Source: an uncultured delta proteobacterium
GTDB taxonomy: Bacteria > Desulfobacterota > Binatia > UBA9968
Reading direction: 5' to 3'
Assembly (NCBI GenBank): GCA_963737905.1
Contig: CAVTUQ010000025.1
Location: 298,653-362,652 of the forward strand
Length of the DNA stretch: 64,000 bases
The translations under genes and the position numbers were made by a program. The notes beneath the pieces were generated by a model that was not told the DNA's origin, searched no databases, and saw only the letters and a list, made by a program, of their open reading frames with translations. Below, piece by piece: positions 42,767 through 51,875 of this stretch (positions are counted from its first letter, which is position 1; every line of letters starts with the position of its first letter).

Positions 42767-43327
42767 ATGAACGACTTGATCAAGAAACTGACAGCGGAAC
42801 AGGCTCTCGAAGTCGTCAAGCGGCTGAGCGAGAAAGGAGGTAAGATTCGAGAAGCCGTGGTCACCGAAGCAAGAAACCTTGTGATGGCGATCGATGTGGA
42901 TGAAACAGCCGATGAAGTTTTCCGTATTCTAGATTCGATAGACGTACAAGATTGTTGGGAGCGGTCAGGCAGGTCCCGTCATGGCTACACCGAACCTAGT
43001 GAAGCGGCGGTCGAACTCGTGGAGGAAGAACTTCAACCGTTTCACGACCAAGCCAAAACATACCGAGAGTTGGGTATGTCCGAGCAAGAAACGACTTACT
43101 GCATGGGAGTGATTCTAGGAATCTACCGCTACGAGCATGAGTCCAAATCAGAATTTAGGGAGTGGTGCGTGGACGTTCCTCTTGAATGCGCGGGCTACCT
43201 GCTAGATCTATGGCGGAAACGAAACAAACGTACGGCTGTCGCCCGGGCGATGGATAAGTTCATTCAAAACCGTTGTCCGAAATGGGCCAAGTACTTGATT
43301 CCCAAACGAGCCGCTGGTGGTTCATGA
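42767..43327 (+). CDS. Hypothetical protein
   Basis: 186-aa acidic helical ORF; no family recognised. Confidence 0.7.
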   Translation: MNDLIKKLTAEQALEVVKRLSEKGGKIREAVVTEARNLVMAIDVDETADEVFRILDSIDVQDCWERSGRSRHGYTEPSEAAVELVEEELQPFHDQAKTYRELGMSEQETTYCMGVILGIYRYEHESKSEFREWCVDVPLECAGYLLDLWRKRNKRTAVARAMDKFIQNRCPKWAKYLIPKRAAGGS

Positions 43328-43491
43328 CCGTTCCTACACCCAACTGATCAAAGCTACCTTTCAACCTCATTTTCTACCTTGTCACTCCTGGTATCGCATG
43401 GACCGCTGCCGCCACAAGGCACTCCTACTCAAGTTTGTGCGCGAGCGACGCCCCGGCGCCGGATCGAGCGCTATTCACCGCGCGGTTGACT

Positions 43492-43637
43492 TTTGCGACT
43501 CATCTCCTCGAAGACGGCTACGACATCCGAACCGTCCAGGAATTATTAGGGCATAAAGACGTTTCGACTACGATTTTTACACTCATGTGTTAAATCGTGG
43601 CGGCAAGGGTGTTTTCAGTCCCGCTGATCGGCTTTAA
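43492..43637 (+). pseudogene. intI: C-terminal remnant of integron integrase
   Basis: [27 protein letters not shown]-/[19 protein letters not shown], a typical IntI C-terminus with one indel. Confidence 0.88.
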
Positions 43638-43791
43638 TAACACCCTTGTTGCATGTGAGGGCGGTTCTTTCTTTGAGAAAGGTCATGAAAAAAAAGTCTA
43701 TGGGAGAGGATTTGGTAACCGCTGCCGTGCTACACCGCGGGCTGATATCTGGATACCCCGCCCCCGGCGCAGCGTTTGTCGGGAAAAGAGA

Positions 43792-43821
43792 TTGACAAGG
43801 CAGCGCTTGTTGGCGGATATT
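43792..43821 (+). promoter_or_regulatory. Candidate Pc-like sigma70 promoter
   Basis: TTGACA-N18-GATATT about 75 bp before the first GTT site. Confidence 0.35.
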
Positions 43822-43877
43822 GCAGCTGTTTTTGCTCTTACTCGATTGCGGATTCCTGGATACCCCGTCGGAAGAGC

Positions 43878-43901
43878 CGGCAGTTCACTTAATAGTTGAA
43901 C
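43878..43901 (+). other. Candidate attI core / left junction of the first cassette
   Basis: CGGCAGTTCACTTAATA G|TTGAAC fits GTTRRRY with an upstream GTT box. Confidence 0.55.
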
Positions 43902-44037
43902 TAAACCGCTTCGCGGTGGCACTGGTTATGTAAGGTCGGTGCCACTCACTCTACCTTTGTTTTTCATTGATCTTGCTAGCTGATTGTTTTTCTCTGAACT
44001 AGCGTAGTTCCCAAAATTAATCCAAGGAGGATTTTTT

Positions 44038-44886
44038 ATGGGAGCACTACGAGAAAAGATGGTTGGGGAGATGAAACTGCGCAACTTCGCGTCCAGGACA
44101 CAGAAGTCTTACCTTGCCGTGATGGTGGGGTTGGCCAAGCACTATCGTCAGTTTCCGGATCAACTGACGCAGGAGCAGATCCGCACCTACCTGTTGCATT
44201 TGCAGGAGCGGGGGCTGTCGAGCAGTTCGCAGAACGTGGCCATCTCGGGGCTACGGTTTTTCTATCAGCAGGTTTTGGGGTGGACCCAGGAGCAGATATT
44301 CTTGCCACCGAGAAAACGCACCTGGCGATTGCCGGAGGTGTTAAGTCCCAGGGAAGTGGAGCGATTGCTAGCTGCCGCAGTCAAGCTTCGCGATCGCTGT
44401 TTGCTAATGACGGCCTACTCGGCAGGGCTTCGGGTCAGCGAGCTGGTCCACCTCAAACTGAGCGATATCCATACCGAGCGGATGATGATCCGCGTAGAAC
44501 AGGGCAAAGGGAAAAAAGACCGTTACACCATTCTCTCCCAACGGCTGCTCGGTGAGCTGAAGAGATACAAGCAGACTTATCAACCGGTTTCGTGGGTCTT
44601 CTTTGGCAAGAACAGAAATTGCCCTTTGGATATCACTGCAGTCCAGAAAGTCTACAATCGAGCCAAGCAGAAAAGTGGCGTTGAAAAAGGCAAGGGCATT
44701 CATACATTGCGCCATTGTTTCGCAACCCATCTTCTTGAGGGCGGAGTGGACCTGTGCACGATCAAGACGCTGTTGGGGCATAACTCGCTTCAGAGTACCC
44801 AGCGCTACCTGCAGATTCGCCAGCCCAAGTTGAGCTCGACCACGAGTCCGTTAGACTTGCTCGATCTGCGTGACCCCCCGCTTTAG
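44038..44886 (+). CDS. Site-specific tyrosine recombinase (no IntI I2 insertion)
   Basis: SAM-like N-terminus; GLRVSE, GKGKKDR, HTLRH, LLGH, TQRY. Confidence 0.95.
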   Translation: MGALREKMVGEMKLRNFASRTQKSYLAVMVGLAKHYRQFPDQLTQEQIRTYLLHLQERGLSSSSQNVAISGLRFFYQQVLGWTQEQIFLPPRKRTWRLPEVLSPREVERLLAAAVKLRDRCLLMTAYSAGLRVSELVHLKLSDIHTERMMIRVEQGKGKKDRYTILSQRLLGELKRYKQTYQPVSWVFFGKNRNCPLDITAVQKVYNRAKQKSGVEKGKGIHTLRHCFATHLLEGGVDLCTIKTLLGHNSLQSTQRYLQIRQPKLSSTTSPLDLLDLRDPPL

Positions 44887-44898
44887 TCGGGCACGATC

Positions 44899-46074
44899 AT
44901 GCTGCTTGCCCGTCCAGGGCTGGTGGCAGGAGAGAGAAGCGGGGGCCCCGAACTGGCCGATATCTTTCGTAGTCACGGGCAGAGCTACCAACGAACGCAT
45001 CGCCTATCGGCCTCTGAGCAAAAAGTGATGCGGGCCGTTGAGGTCTGTCGCACGGCTGAATTGGGAGGGCATCTCAAGCAGTGCGACACTTGCGGCTTTG
45101 AGCACCCGACTTATAACTCCTGCCGTAACCGCCACTGTCCTAAATGCCAGTCGCTGGCCAAAGCCAAGTGGTTGGAGAAGCAGACCTCTGAGCTTTTGCC
45201 GGTGGGCTATTTTCATCTGGTCTTTACCTTGCCGCACCTTCTCAACGGCTTGATCCTGGCCAACAAAAAGATCCTGCTAAGCCTGCTGTTTAAAGCCGTC
45301 AGTGAAACGTTACTAGAGTTTGGCCAGACACGTCTTAAGGGAACCCTCGGAATCATCGCCGTGCTACACACCTGGGACCAAACGCTCAAGGATCATTTTC
45401 ATCTGCACTGTTTGGTTCCCGCCGGCGCTCTGTCTTCGAATCACAGCCGTTGGATTGGAGCACGGCCAAACTTTCTGTTTCCTGTCACCGCTCTGAGCCA
45501 GGTGTTTCAGGGAAAGTTCCTGGCTCTCTTACAACAGGCCTGTGATAAAGGAAAAATCCCGCCGGCCAACAACGAGATCAAAGCATCACGGCAAAAGAGC
45601 TGGGTGGTCTACGCCAAAAAGCCGTTCGGTTCTCCACAGACCGTGCTCGATTACCTCGGCCGCTATACCCACCGCGTGGCGCTGTCCAACGAGCGCATCC
45701 TTTCGGTCCAAAACGGTCAGGTCACCCTGAGTTATAGAGATCGAAAGGATGGCAACAGAAAAATGACCATCCCCCTTGACGCCCAGGAGTTCATCCGCCG
45801 CTTCCTGCTTCACGTCTTGCCCGATGGCTTCATGCGCATCCGTCACTTCGGGTTTTTAGCCAACCGCTCTAAAAAACAGGCCTTGGCTCAGTGTCGCAGA
45901 CTGCTAAAAATTGAGGCCGCGTTGCCGGAAACCCCGAAGGAGTCAGCTAAAGATTTGTTGCTGAGAATCACCGGCATCGATCTGAGTCGCTGCCCTTCCT
46001 GCCATCGGGGAACCATGATCGTCGTCGCTGAGCTGCCGCCGATTTCAAGCCCGTCTCAATGGGATTCTTCATGA
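44899..46074 (+). CDS. IS91-family (Y2 HUH) transposase with Zn-binding domain
   Basis: CDTC...SCRNRHCPKC; LHTW...HFHLH; YLGRY; RIRHFGFL. Confidence 0.95.
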   Translation: MLLARPGLVAGERSGGPELADIFRSHGQSYQRTHRLSASEQKVMRAVEVCRTAELGGHLKQCDTCGFEHPTYNSCRNRHCPKCQSLAKAKWLEKQTSELLPVGYFHLVFTLPHLLNGLILANKKILLSLLFKAVSETLLEFGQTRLKGTLGIIAVLHTWDQTLKDHFHLHCLVPAGALSSNHSRWIGARPNFLFPVTALSQVFQGKFLALLQQACDKGKIPPANNEIKASRQKSWVVYAKKPFGSPQTVLDYLGRYTHRVALSNERILSVQNGQVTLSYRDRKDGNRKMTIPLDAQEFIRRFLLHVLPDGFMRIRHFGFLANRSKKQALAQCRRLLKIEAALPETPKESAKDLLLRITGIDLSRCPSCHRGTMIVVAELPPISSPSQWDSS

Positions 46075-46318
46075 GAAAAACTCAAATGCTGATAAGCCCT
46101 TTTTACTGTTTACAGGCCGTCGTCGCACAGGTGTGTCTGCTGATACCCAAAAGTTGCTCCCATGCCCCATTGCACCGTAGCCATCAAACAAAATCTACCG
46201 ACCTCGATCTCAACCTTCTCCTGCTTCTCGATCTATCGCTCACACAGCACCACCCTCGGCACCGCTGTGCCACTTTACAATCCGCATAGCCGCAACCTCC
46301 GTGCGGCTCCGCGCTTTA

Positions 46319-46411
46319 GTCCAACACGTTTTATCCCCCCGTGGCGCTTGCCAGAATATTTTGGAGCTTGATTGCCTCCAGGCTTTGGGGATAAAACGCT
46401 ATACGTTAGGC
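46319..46411 (+). other. Atypical attC-like site at the element right end
   Basis: GTCCAAC a CGTTTTATCCCC...GGGGATAAAACG ctatac GTTAGGC. Confidence 0.75.
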
Positions 46412-46435
46412 AAGCCAAGGCAAGCCCAGTATGCG

Positions 46436-47011
46436 ATGACGACCTATCAACCCTACTCGGACTTTACTGCGCAGAGCCGGACGGTTTCGGCGCTCATGTC
46501 GATGTACGCGCAGCTTAAGCGTGGTACGTCGTCGACGACCGAACTCACACCCATTGTTGTATTTCTTGCGTTCTCAATCGAGTCGTACCTTAACTCAATT
46601 GGAGCACGAAAGCTCGCGATCTGGGACGAGTTGGAACGCCTTCCATGGAAAAACAAGATTGCAATACTCCACAAGACAGTCGGCAAATCGCCGGTGTGGG
46701 ATAAAGATCCGTTGCAGTTCGCAATTGAGGTGTTTTCATTGAGAGATAAACTTGCTCATGGGAAACCCGAACGGGTGGTCGGTCTGAAATTTAGAACCCA
46801 CGCAGAGGCGGCGCGGTATATCAATCGGCCAGAGTTGCACCCCGACTTGCAGCCACAGTGGTACAGGAAAATTACAAAGGACTGGGTGATGGATGCAAAG
46901 GAGCGTTTTAGACTCCTGATGATATACCTAAGTGGGATGTTCGATCTTCACGAGTCGGACCACTTGCTCACCTCCACTGGCGGCTTGCTTATCGACGATG
47001 AGAAAGATGCC
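46436..47011 (+). CDS. HEPN-like cassette protein; native stop displaced by the intron (now reads to 47146)
   Basis: AFSIESYLN and RDKLAH (Rx4H) motifs; ...EKDA GCC joins TAAC at 49014. Confidence 0.7.
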
Positions 47012-49013
47012 AGGAACGCCGGTTACCCGGCGCCCCCCGTACAGACCCCGGCGTGCAGTTTTTCCGCACCGGGTTCCTCGGTCCTACTCGCTTCCGCGCA
47101 AGACCTAGCCATCAAGCAAACACTCTCCGTCGCGGCATCTCGGTGATACACGGCTTGGCGATAGAGACACATTTAAGCACCCGCTCAAACTGCTCCCATG
47201 TGTAGCTTCGCCGCCAACTCCGACGGTTGAGCCACTTGAAGGCGCAGTTTATCGCCCACGCATAGAAGCGGTACAGCGAGTGCGAGTTGCCTCGCACACC
47301 ATAGTAATTGTAATGACCGCGTAACCGAGCGTTTAACCGCTCGAAAAATTCGCCTCCAGGCAAGTGTCGGTTGAGCTTGATCCATTCCTTGATCCTACGG
47401 CATGCAGCCTGCAATCTCTTGCGGGCCGTACGCCGCTTTACCCTCGGCACGCCTTGCCGATCGAGCTTCCACTGAAACTCGAAGCCCAGAAAGGCAAAAC
47501 GATGCTTCAGTCTCGGATGAAATCGACTGAAACGCAGGATGCGTGTCTTCTCCGAAGCCACCTCTAAGTTGAACTTCGCCAACCGCTTCGGTAGCACCCG
47601 ATAAAACCGCTCTGCGTCTTCCCGATAGCGGAATGCCCACACCGCATCATCAGCATAGCGACACATGATCGCCTCTCCCCGGCTCCGTGGCTTAACGACT
47701 TTCTCAAACCACAAGTCCAATGCGTAATGTAAGTACACATTGGCGAGCACCGGGGAAACAATCCCGCCTTGAGGAGTGCCGGTATCTGGATGAATGACCT
47801 CTCCATCTGTCTCCAAAATGCCAGCCTTCAGCCATTTCCGAATCAGGTCAAGAAAGGCCTGGTCGTCGATGCGCAGACTCAGCATCTTCAGCAGCCAGTC
47901 ATGGTCCATATGATCGAAAAAGCCTTTGACATCAGCCTCAACCACATACCCATAGACTCCGTATTGCAGGTCGAAGGTGAGGTCTCTCACCCCATCCAAC
48001 GCACTGCGCTCGGGCCGATAGCTATAACTGCAACTTAGGAACTCCTGCTCGTAAATCGCACTCAAAAGCTTCGCACAGGCCAACTGAACCAGCTTGTCTT
48101 CCAACGCCGCTATCCCTAACGGCCTCTCTTTACCATCCTCCTTCGCAATGTATCTTCGCCTCACCAACTTCGCCCGATAGCGCTTCGCTCTCAGTCGCTC
48201 TACCAGCGCCTCGATGTTAGCCTTGAGATTTCTCTCATAAGCCGCCACCGTGACCCCGTCCACACCCGCCGCGCATTCTGTTCAACTGCGGCCAGCACCA
48301 CATCACGTACTCAACGTTCAAGTACCGGTAAAGATCCTGAAATCGGTGGCACTTGTTGGCTTTCGCCTTGTTTGCTATTTCCCGCAGGAAGGTTGGCTCG
48401 TGTTCTCCCGGCCCAACTCTGTCCGGCACGAGTTGCCTATGCAGGTTTCGTAGTTCCGTCAGGTCCTTCCCCATGTACGTGGCTTTCCCACGCTCCGAGT
48501 ACTATGCCTGATAAGACCCCCTAAGCTTGCGGCGGGCTTTCCCTCTTACAGTACTTCTCCGCCTACCTCGCGGCGTTCCACTCGGGCGCTCTAGGTTCCA
48601 GCATAGCTCCGTCTCCGGGTTTCCCCTTGTGTGCCTCATTAGCTGTATACCCTACTCCCTAGTTTTGCTCCGCTTGGAACCCATGGGGCCTCCCGGGTTC
48701 TCCTAGCGTATCTCTCCCTGCATGCCATGGCCTGTGGACTCCGGCGGACCTCCACATCCTCGCCCTATCGGATGCTTCGTGTTGGCTTCGTGCACGTTAA
48801 AACACTCGCCGTCCGCAACAACCCTATCTCGAAGCTGTACCAGCTCTTCAGGACGCGCGGTCGTCCCTACGGCCTACAGGATTCTCTGTCTACGCTTCGC
48901 CTGTCTCGTTCGCCTTTCGGCTCCTCCACAGACGCAAGACTCGATACGGGCGGGTGGCTCACCCTTACCCGACGGGGACTCTCACCCCGTAAGATACGCC
49001 GAGCTTTGGCGGA
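47012..49013 (-). mobile_element. Group II intron inserted in the attC R'' box (GCC|TAAC)
   Basis: DV/DVI GAACCCGGTGCGGAAAAACTGCACGCCGGGGTC..GGGGGGCGCCGGGTAACCGGCGTTCC; 5' region with GGGGTGAGAGTCCCC; RT ORF. Confidence 0.9.
47112..48474 (-). CDS. ltrA: Group II intron reverse transcriptase/maturase, no En domain, frameshift near 48270, start uncertain
   Basis: KEDGKERPLGI, GTPQGG..SP.LAN.YLH, RYADD, YNYYG. Confidence 0.9.
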
Positions 49014-49091
49014 TAACGATCGGGTTGAGTCCGATCGTCCGCCTACTCGCTTGCGCTCGCGAGCTGCGTCCGCTCACCCTCAGCGTTAGGC
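49014..49091 (+). other. Remainder of the interrupted attC
   Basis: TAAC gatc GGGTTGAG...CTCACCC tcagc GTTAGGC. Confidence 0.8.
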
Positions 49092-49121
49092 CACCCATAT
49101 GACTACTGGTACGAGTCACTC

Positions 49122-49943
49122 ATGAAAAACCTTAAGGCCTTTCAAAAAAGCCAGTTGATCTACGAATTCGGCATTCTCATACAACCACTCGAAGAACTCG
49201 CAAGAGCGAACCGGATACCGTTGCTAAACGAGTATCGGATCGCGATAGCAAAAGTTCAGGCGGGTGACGGTGCTTGGCGTCGGCAAGTCAAAGCGTTCAC
49301 TACATTTGCAGCCGACATATTTTTTATCCAAGAGTATCAGGACATCTCGCATGTTCCCGAGCGATGCTGGGGCGCTTTGAAGGGAGTCATCAATGACCAA
49401 GCTTTCCAAAATGACCCAAACCAGCTTAAAGGACGGGTCGCGCAGGAAATCGCAAATGCTCGCGAGAGGTTTTTCGAATACATCGACAGGATTCCGCTTG
49501 CATGGGAGCCTGTTGTGTTTGAAGCTAATACGCCATTCACGTCGTACTTGAGAATCAAGGAAGCAATCGTCGCGGTCAAGCAACGTCTGCACTACTTTGA
49601 TAGGTATCTTAAGCCAGATTTCTTCGCGCTGTTCTTAGTCTCAGTGGATAACACCGTTTCAATCCGGCTCGTTACCACTGCCGGTAATACACAATACGGC
49701 GTTACCAGTGTTGCTGCTGTGTCAAACCTTGCTCGGCAGCAGTTTGCCGACTATCAACTGATTGAGGTTGCTCCAACTGATCTACATGATCGCAATTTGC
49801 GAGTTGATGATCTGATCTTCTCTCTCGGTCCGGGAGTTGATCGCGCGGGAATGGCATTGACGAATTTCGGACCGTCGGACAGCTCCTTAGAGGCTCACAA
49901 CGAATTCGATCGAATAATAGCGGGCGGGCGTGTCGTGTCATAG
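49122..49943 (+). CDS. Hypothetical cassette protein with PLD-like C-terminal domain
   Basis: YFDRYL...LHDRNLRVDD...SLG pattern. Confidence 0.6.
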   Translation: MKNLKAFQKSQLIYEFGILIQPLEELARANRIPLLNEYRIAIAKVQAGDGAWRRQVKAFTTFAADIFFIQEYQDISHVPERCWGALKGVINDQAFQNDPNQLKGRVAQEIANARERFFEYIDRIPLAWEPVVFEANTPFTSYLRIKEAIVAVKQRLHYFDRYLKPDFFALFLVSVDNTVSIRLVTTAGNTQYGVTSVAAVSNLARQQFADYQLIEVAPTDLHDRNLRVDDLIFSLGPGVDRAGMALTNFGPSDSSLEAHNEFDRIIAGGRVVS

Positions 49944-49973
49944 TTGTGTCTATTGGGAACTCACAAGTTCAGG

Positions 49974-50072
49974 CCCTAACAAGCCACTGGAGCAGACGGC
50001 CCACCCGACAGATTGTGTGGGTCTACACTCATCTCGTCGTGAGTGGGCCGCTGCTCACCGGCGGCGTTATGC
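49974..50072 (+). other. attC site
   Basis: CCCTAAC aagcc actgGAGCAG.CGGCCCAC...GTGGGCCG CTGCTC accggcggc GTTATGC. Confidence 0.88.
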
Positions 50073-50093
50073 GGTCTATGAATTGGATTAATA

Positions 50094-50362
50094 ATGCCAG
50101 AGGTTTCTAGGTTCTTCGGAATTATCATTCGCATGTTCGTTGAGGCCGGAGGACAGCACATATGCCTCACTTCCACGCGTACTATCAGGATCATGTGGGA
50201 ATCTACGATATCGGCAGGGTCGAGCGTTTGGCCGGCTCCCTTCCGAGACGTCAGGAACGCCTTGTGCTAGCGTGGGCAGAGCTTCATCAGGAAGAGTTAC
50301 TGTCGAATTGGCAGACGTTGCAACAGGGCCGTCCGCCCATTAAGATTGATCCATTAAAGTGA
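50094..50362 (+). pseudogene. DUF4160 (HicA-like) toxin, frameshift near 50160
   Basis: MPEVSRFFGIIIRMF...H-/-PHFHAYY...LAWAELHQEELL.NW. Confidence 0.8.
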
Positions 50363-50373
50363 GAGGTCCGCCT

Positions 50374-50691
50374 ATGGCTCATGAGATTTATCGGGTTTCC
50401 TCGTTTCAGAAGGTAGCGCCATTCACTCTGCGCGTACAGTTTGACGACGGTACGTCCCAAATCATCGATTTCGGTCCTGTCCTGAAAGGGGAACTGTACG
50501 GTCCTCTGCAAGAGCTAACGCTTTTTGATCAGGTCCGGATCGATCCAGAGGTCCACACGCTTGTTTGGCCAAACGGTGCAGATTTTGACCCAGCAATTCT
50601 TCATAACTGGCCCGAGTCAGGACCGGCACTCAAAGCTCTAGCGGAGCAGTGGGTCTCCGCAAAGCACGGCATGACCGATTCCGCCACATAA
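50374..50691 (+). CDS. DUF2442 antitoxin
   Basis: LRVQFDDG...WPNGADFDP; stop in ACATAAC. Confidence 0.85.
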   Translation: MAHEIYRVSSFQKVAPFTLRVQFDDGTSQIIDFGPVLKGELYGPLQELTLFDQVRIDPEVHTLVWPNGADFDPAILHNWPESGPALKALAEQWVSAKHGMTDSAT

Positions 50692-51450
50692 CCAATAAGG
50701 ATTGAGACGACTTCCGAGTCGTTTCAATCCTTAGTTCAAGAAGCCCGTGGTGAGGCAACGATCAATATAAAGGGAAATGGTTGTGAGTGTGGTTTGCGCC
50801 GAAGGAAGTGAAGGTCAGATTGGCGGTATGAATCGGCGCGCTGTGAAGTTGCAGCGGTAGAGTTTACTTAACTTTTGTTTTTTTCTCGCCAGTCTCTCCG
50901 CAAAAGAGAGTATCAGAACAAGGTTGGTGGCAAACCTCGGCGCATCCCCATGAGCTTTCATGTAGCGGAGGAGAAACAGAGGGAGATGAGTATGGTGTTG
51001 AAGAGTTTTTTTAACCTGATCGACGCAGAATTTTGAGAGGCGGCAGCAGCGAGCGCAATTTGAGTAGCCCACCGCAGGTTGGGCAGGTAGCGCCATGAGG
51101 AGGATCGACCTCGGGCAGAGGCAGATCGAGAGCGAAACCGTAGCTTAATTCGATCAGGGCGCGAATCCGATCGAGTGCAATCTTGCAGTTGGGATTCATA
51201 AAGCCGTAGTAGCGGATCTTCATGAAACCAGTGGGCAGCACATGCTGCAAGAAACGGCGGATGAACTCCATGACATCAAGAGCCAAGATTCTGGAGCGCT
51301 GGCTGTGAGGCTTGCGATAGCGAACCAGCACGGTGCGGTCTTGGACGCCGAGGATGCGCGAGTTGGAGATCGCGACTTTGAAGACGTAGGGAGCGAGATA
51401 CTTAAGACAAGCTTCACTGGAAGAGACCGCTTGGCAGTTGACGTTCCAGG
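50690..51450 (-). mobile_element. Remnant of a second IS91-like element (3' part of transposase and right end)
   Basis: WNVNCQ...LKYLAPYVFKVAISNSRI...EFIRRFLQHVLP.GF.KIRYYGF, stop at 51011; end CTTGAAC-stem-loop-GTTATGT on the minus strand. Confidence 0.85.
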
Positions 51451-51529
51451 CGAATTGATTCGCCTCATTTCGGCCCGCAAGGCGGACCGGTCAGAGCGGG
51501 CCCAATACAGCAGACGGTGGAGACAATGA
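51449..51529 (+). pseudogene. C-terminal remnant of BrnT toxin
   Basis: GELIRLISARKADRSERAQY. Confidence 0.8.
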
Positions 51530-51744
51530 GAAAACATTACGACTTTTCCCAGGCCAAACCGAATCCCTACGCCAAACGGCTGAAGAAGGAAGTTACGCTT
51601 CGGCTTGATGAGCGGACGGTTAACTATTTCGAGGAACTGTCTGAAGAGACGGGGATTCCCTCCCGAACGCTTATTAACCTGTATTTGCGTGAATGCGCCG
51701 CAAGTCGGAAGCGGCTGGCTCTTCAATGGAAACCTGCGGCTTAA
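51526..51744 (+). CDS. BrnA-like antitoxin
   Basis: MRKHYDFSQAKPNPYAKRLKKEVTLRLD...TLINLYL. Confidence 0.88.
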   Translation: MRKHYDFSQAKPNPYAKRLKKEVTLRLDERTVNYFEELSEETGIPSRTLINLYLRECAASRKRLALQWKPAA

Positions 51745-51752
51745 ATGTCGCG

Positions 51753-51853
51753 GCCTAACAAACCCACTGCACCCGACCACGACCTTGCTACAGTTCTGAA
51801 TGAGGGCTCAAGGCCAGAGTCTGGCCGCGTCGGGTGAGCGGGTGCCGTTAGGC
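51753..51853 (+). other. attC site
   Basis: GCCTAAC...CACCCGAC...GTCGGGTG...GTTAGGC. Confidence 0.88.
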
Positions 51854-51875
51854 GTGAATGCAGCAAGGGAGGGCA

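Larger units (their letters stand above)
43896..46405 (+). mobile_element. Tyrosine recombinase + IS91-family transposase element with cassette-like ends
   Basis: Two co-oriented ORFs; left G|TTGAAC plus GTGGCAC/GTGCCAC hairpin; right GTCCAAC-stem-G|TTAGGC. Confidence 0.82.

Noticed and set aside
42700-43327. 186-aa ORF as another integron cassette
   Set aside because: No convincing GTTRRRY/RYYYAAC boundaries found.
44038-44886. Calling this recombinase a bona fide IntI or XerC/XerD
   Set aside because: It lacks the IntI-specific insertion and the YTHV tail, and is coupled to an IS91 transposase gene.
47112-48474. RT as a retron or defence RT
   Set aside because: It is embedded in recognisable group II intron RNA with a maturase domain.
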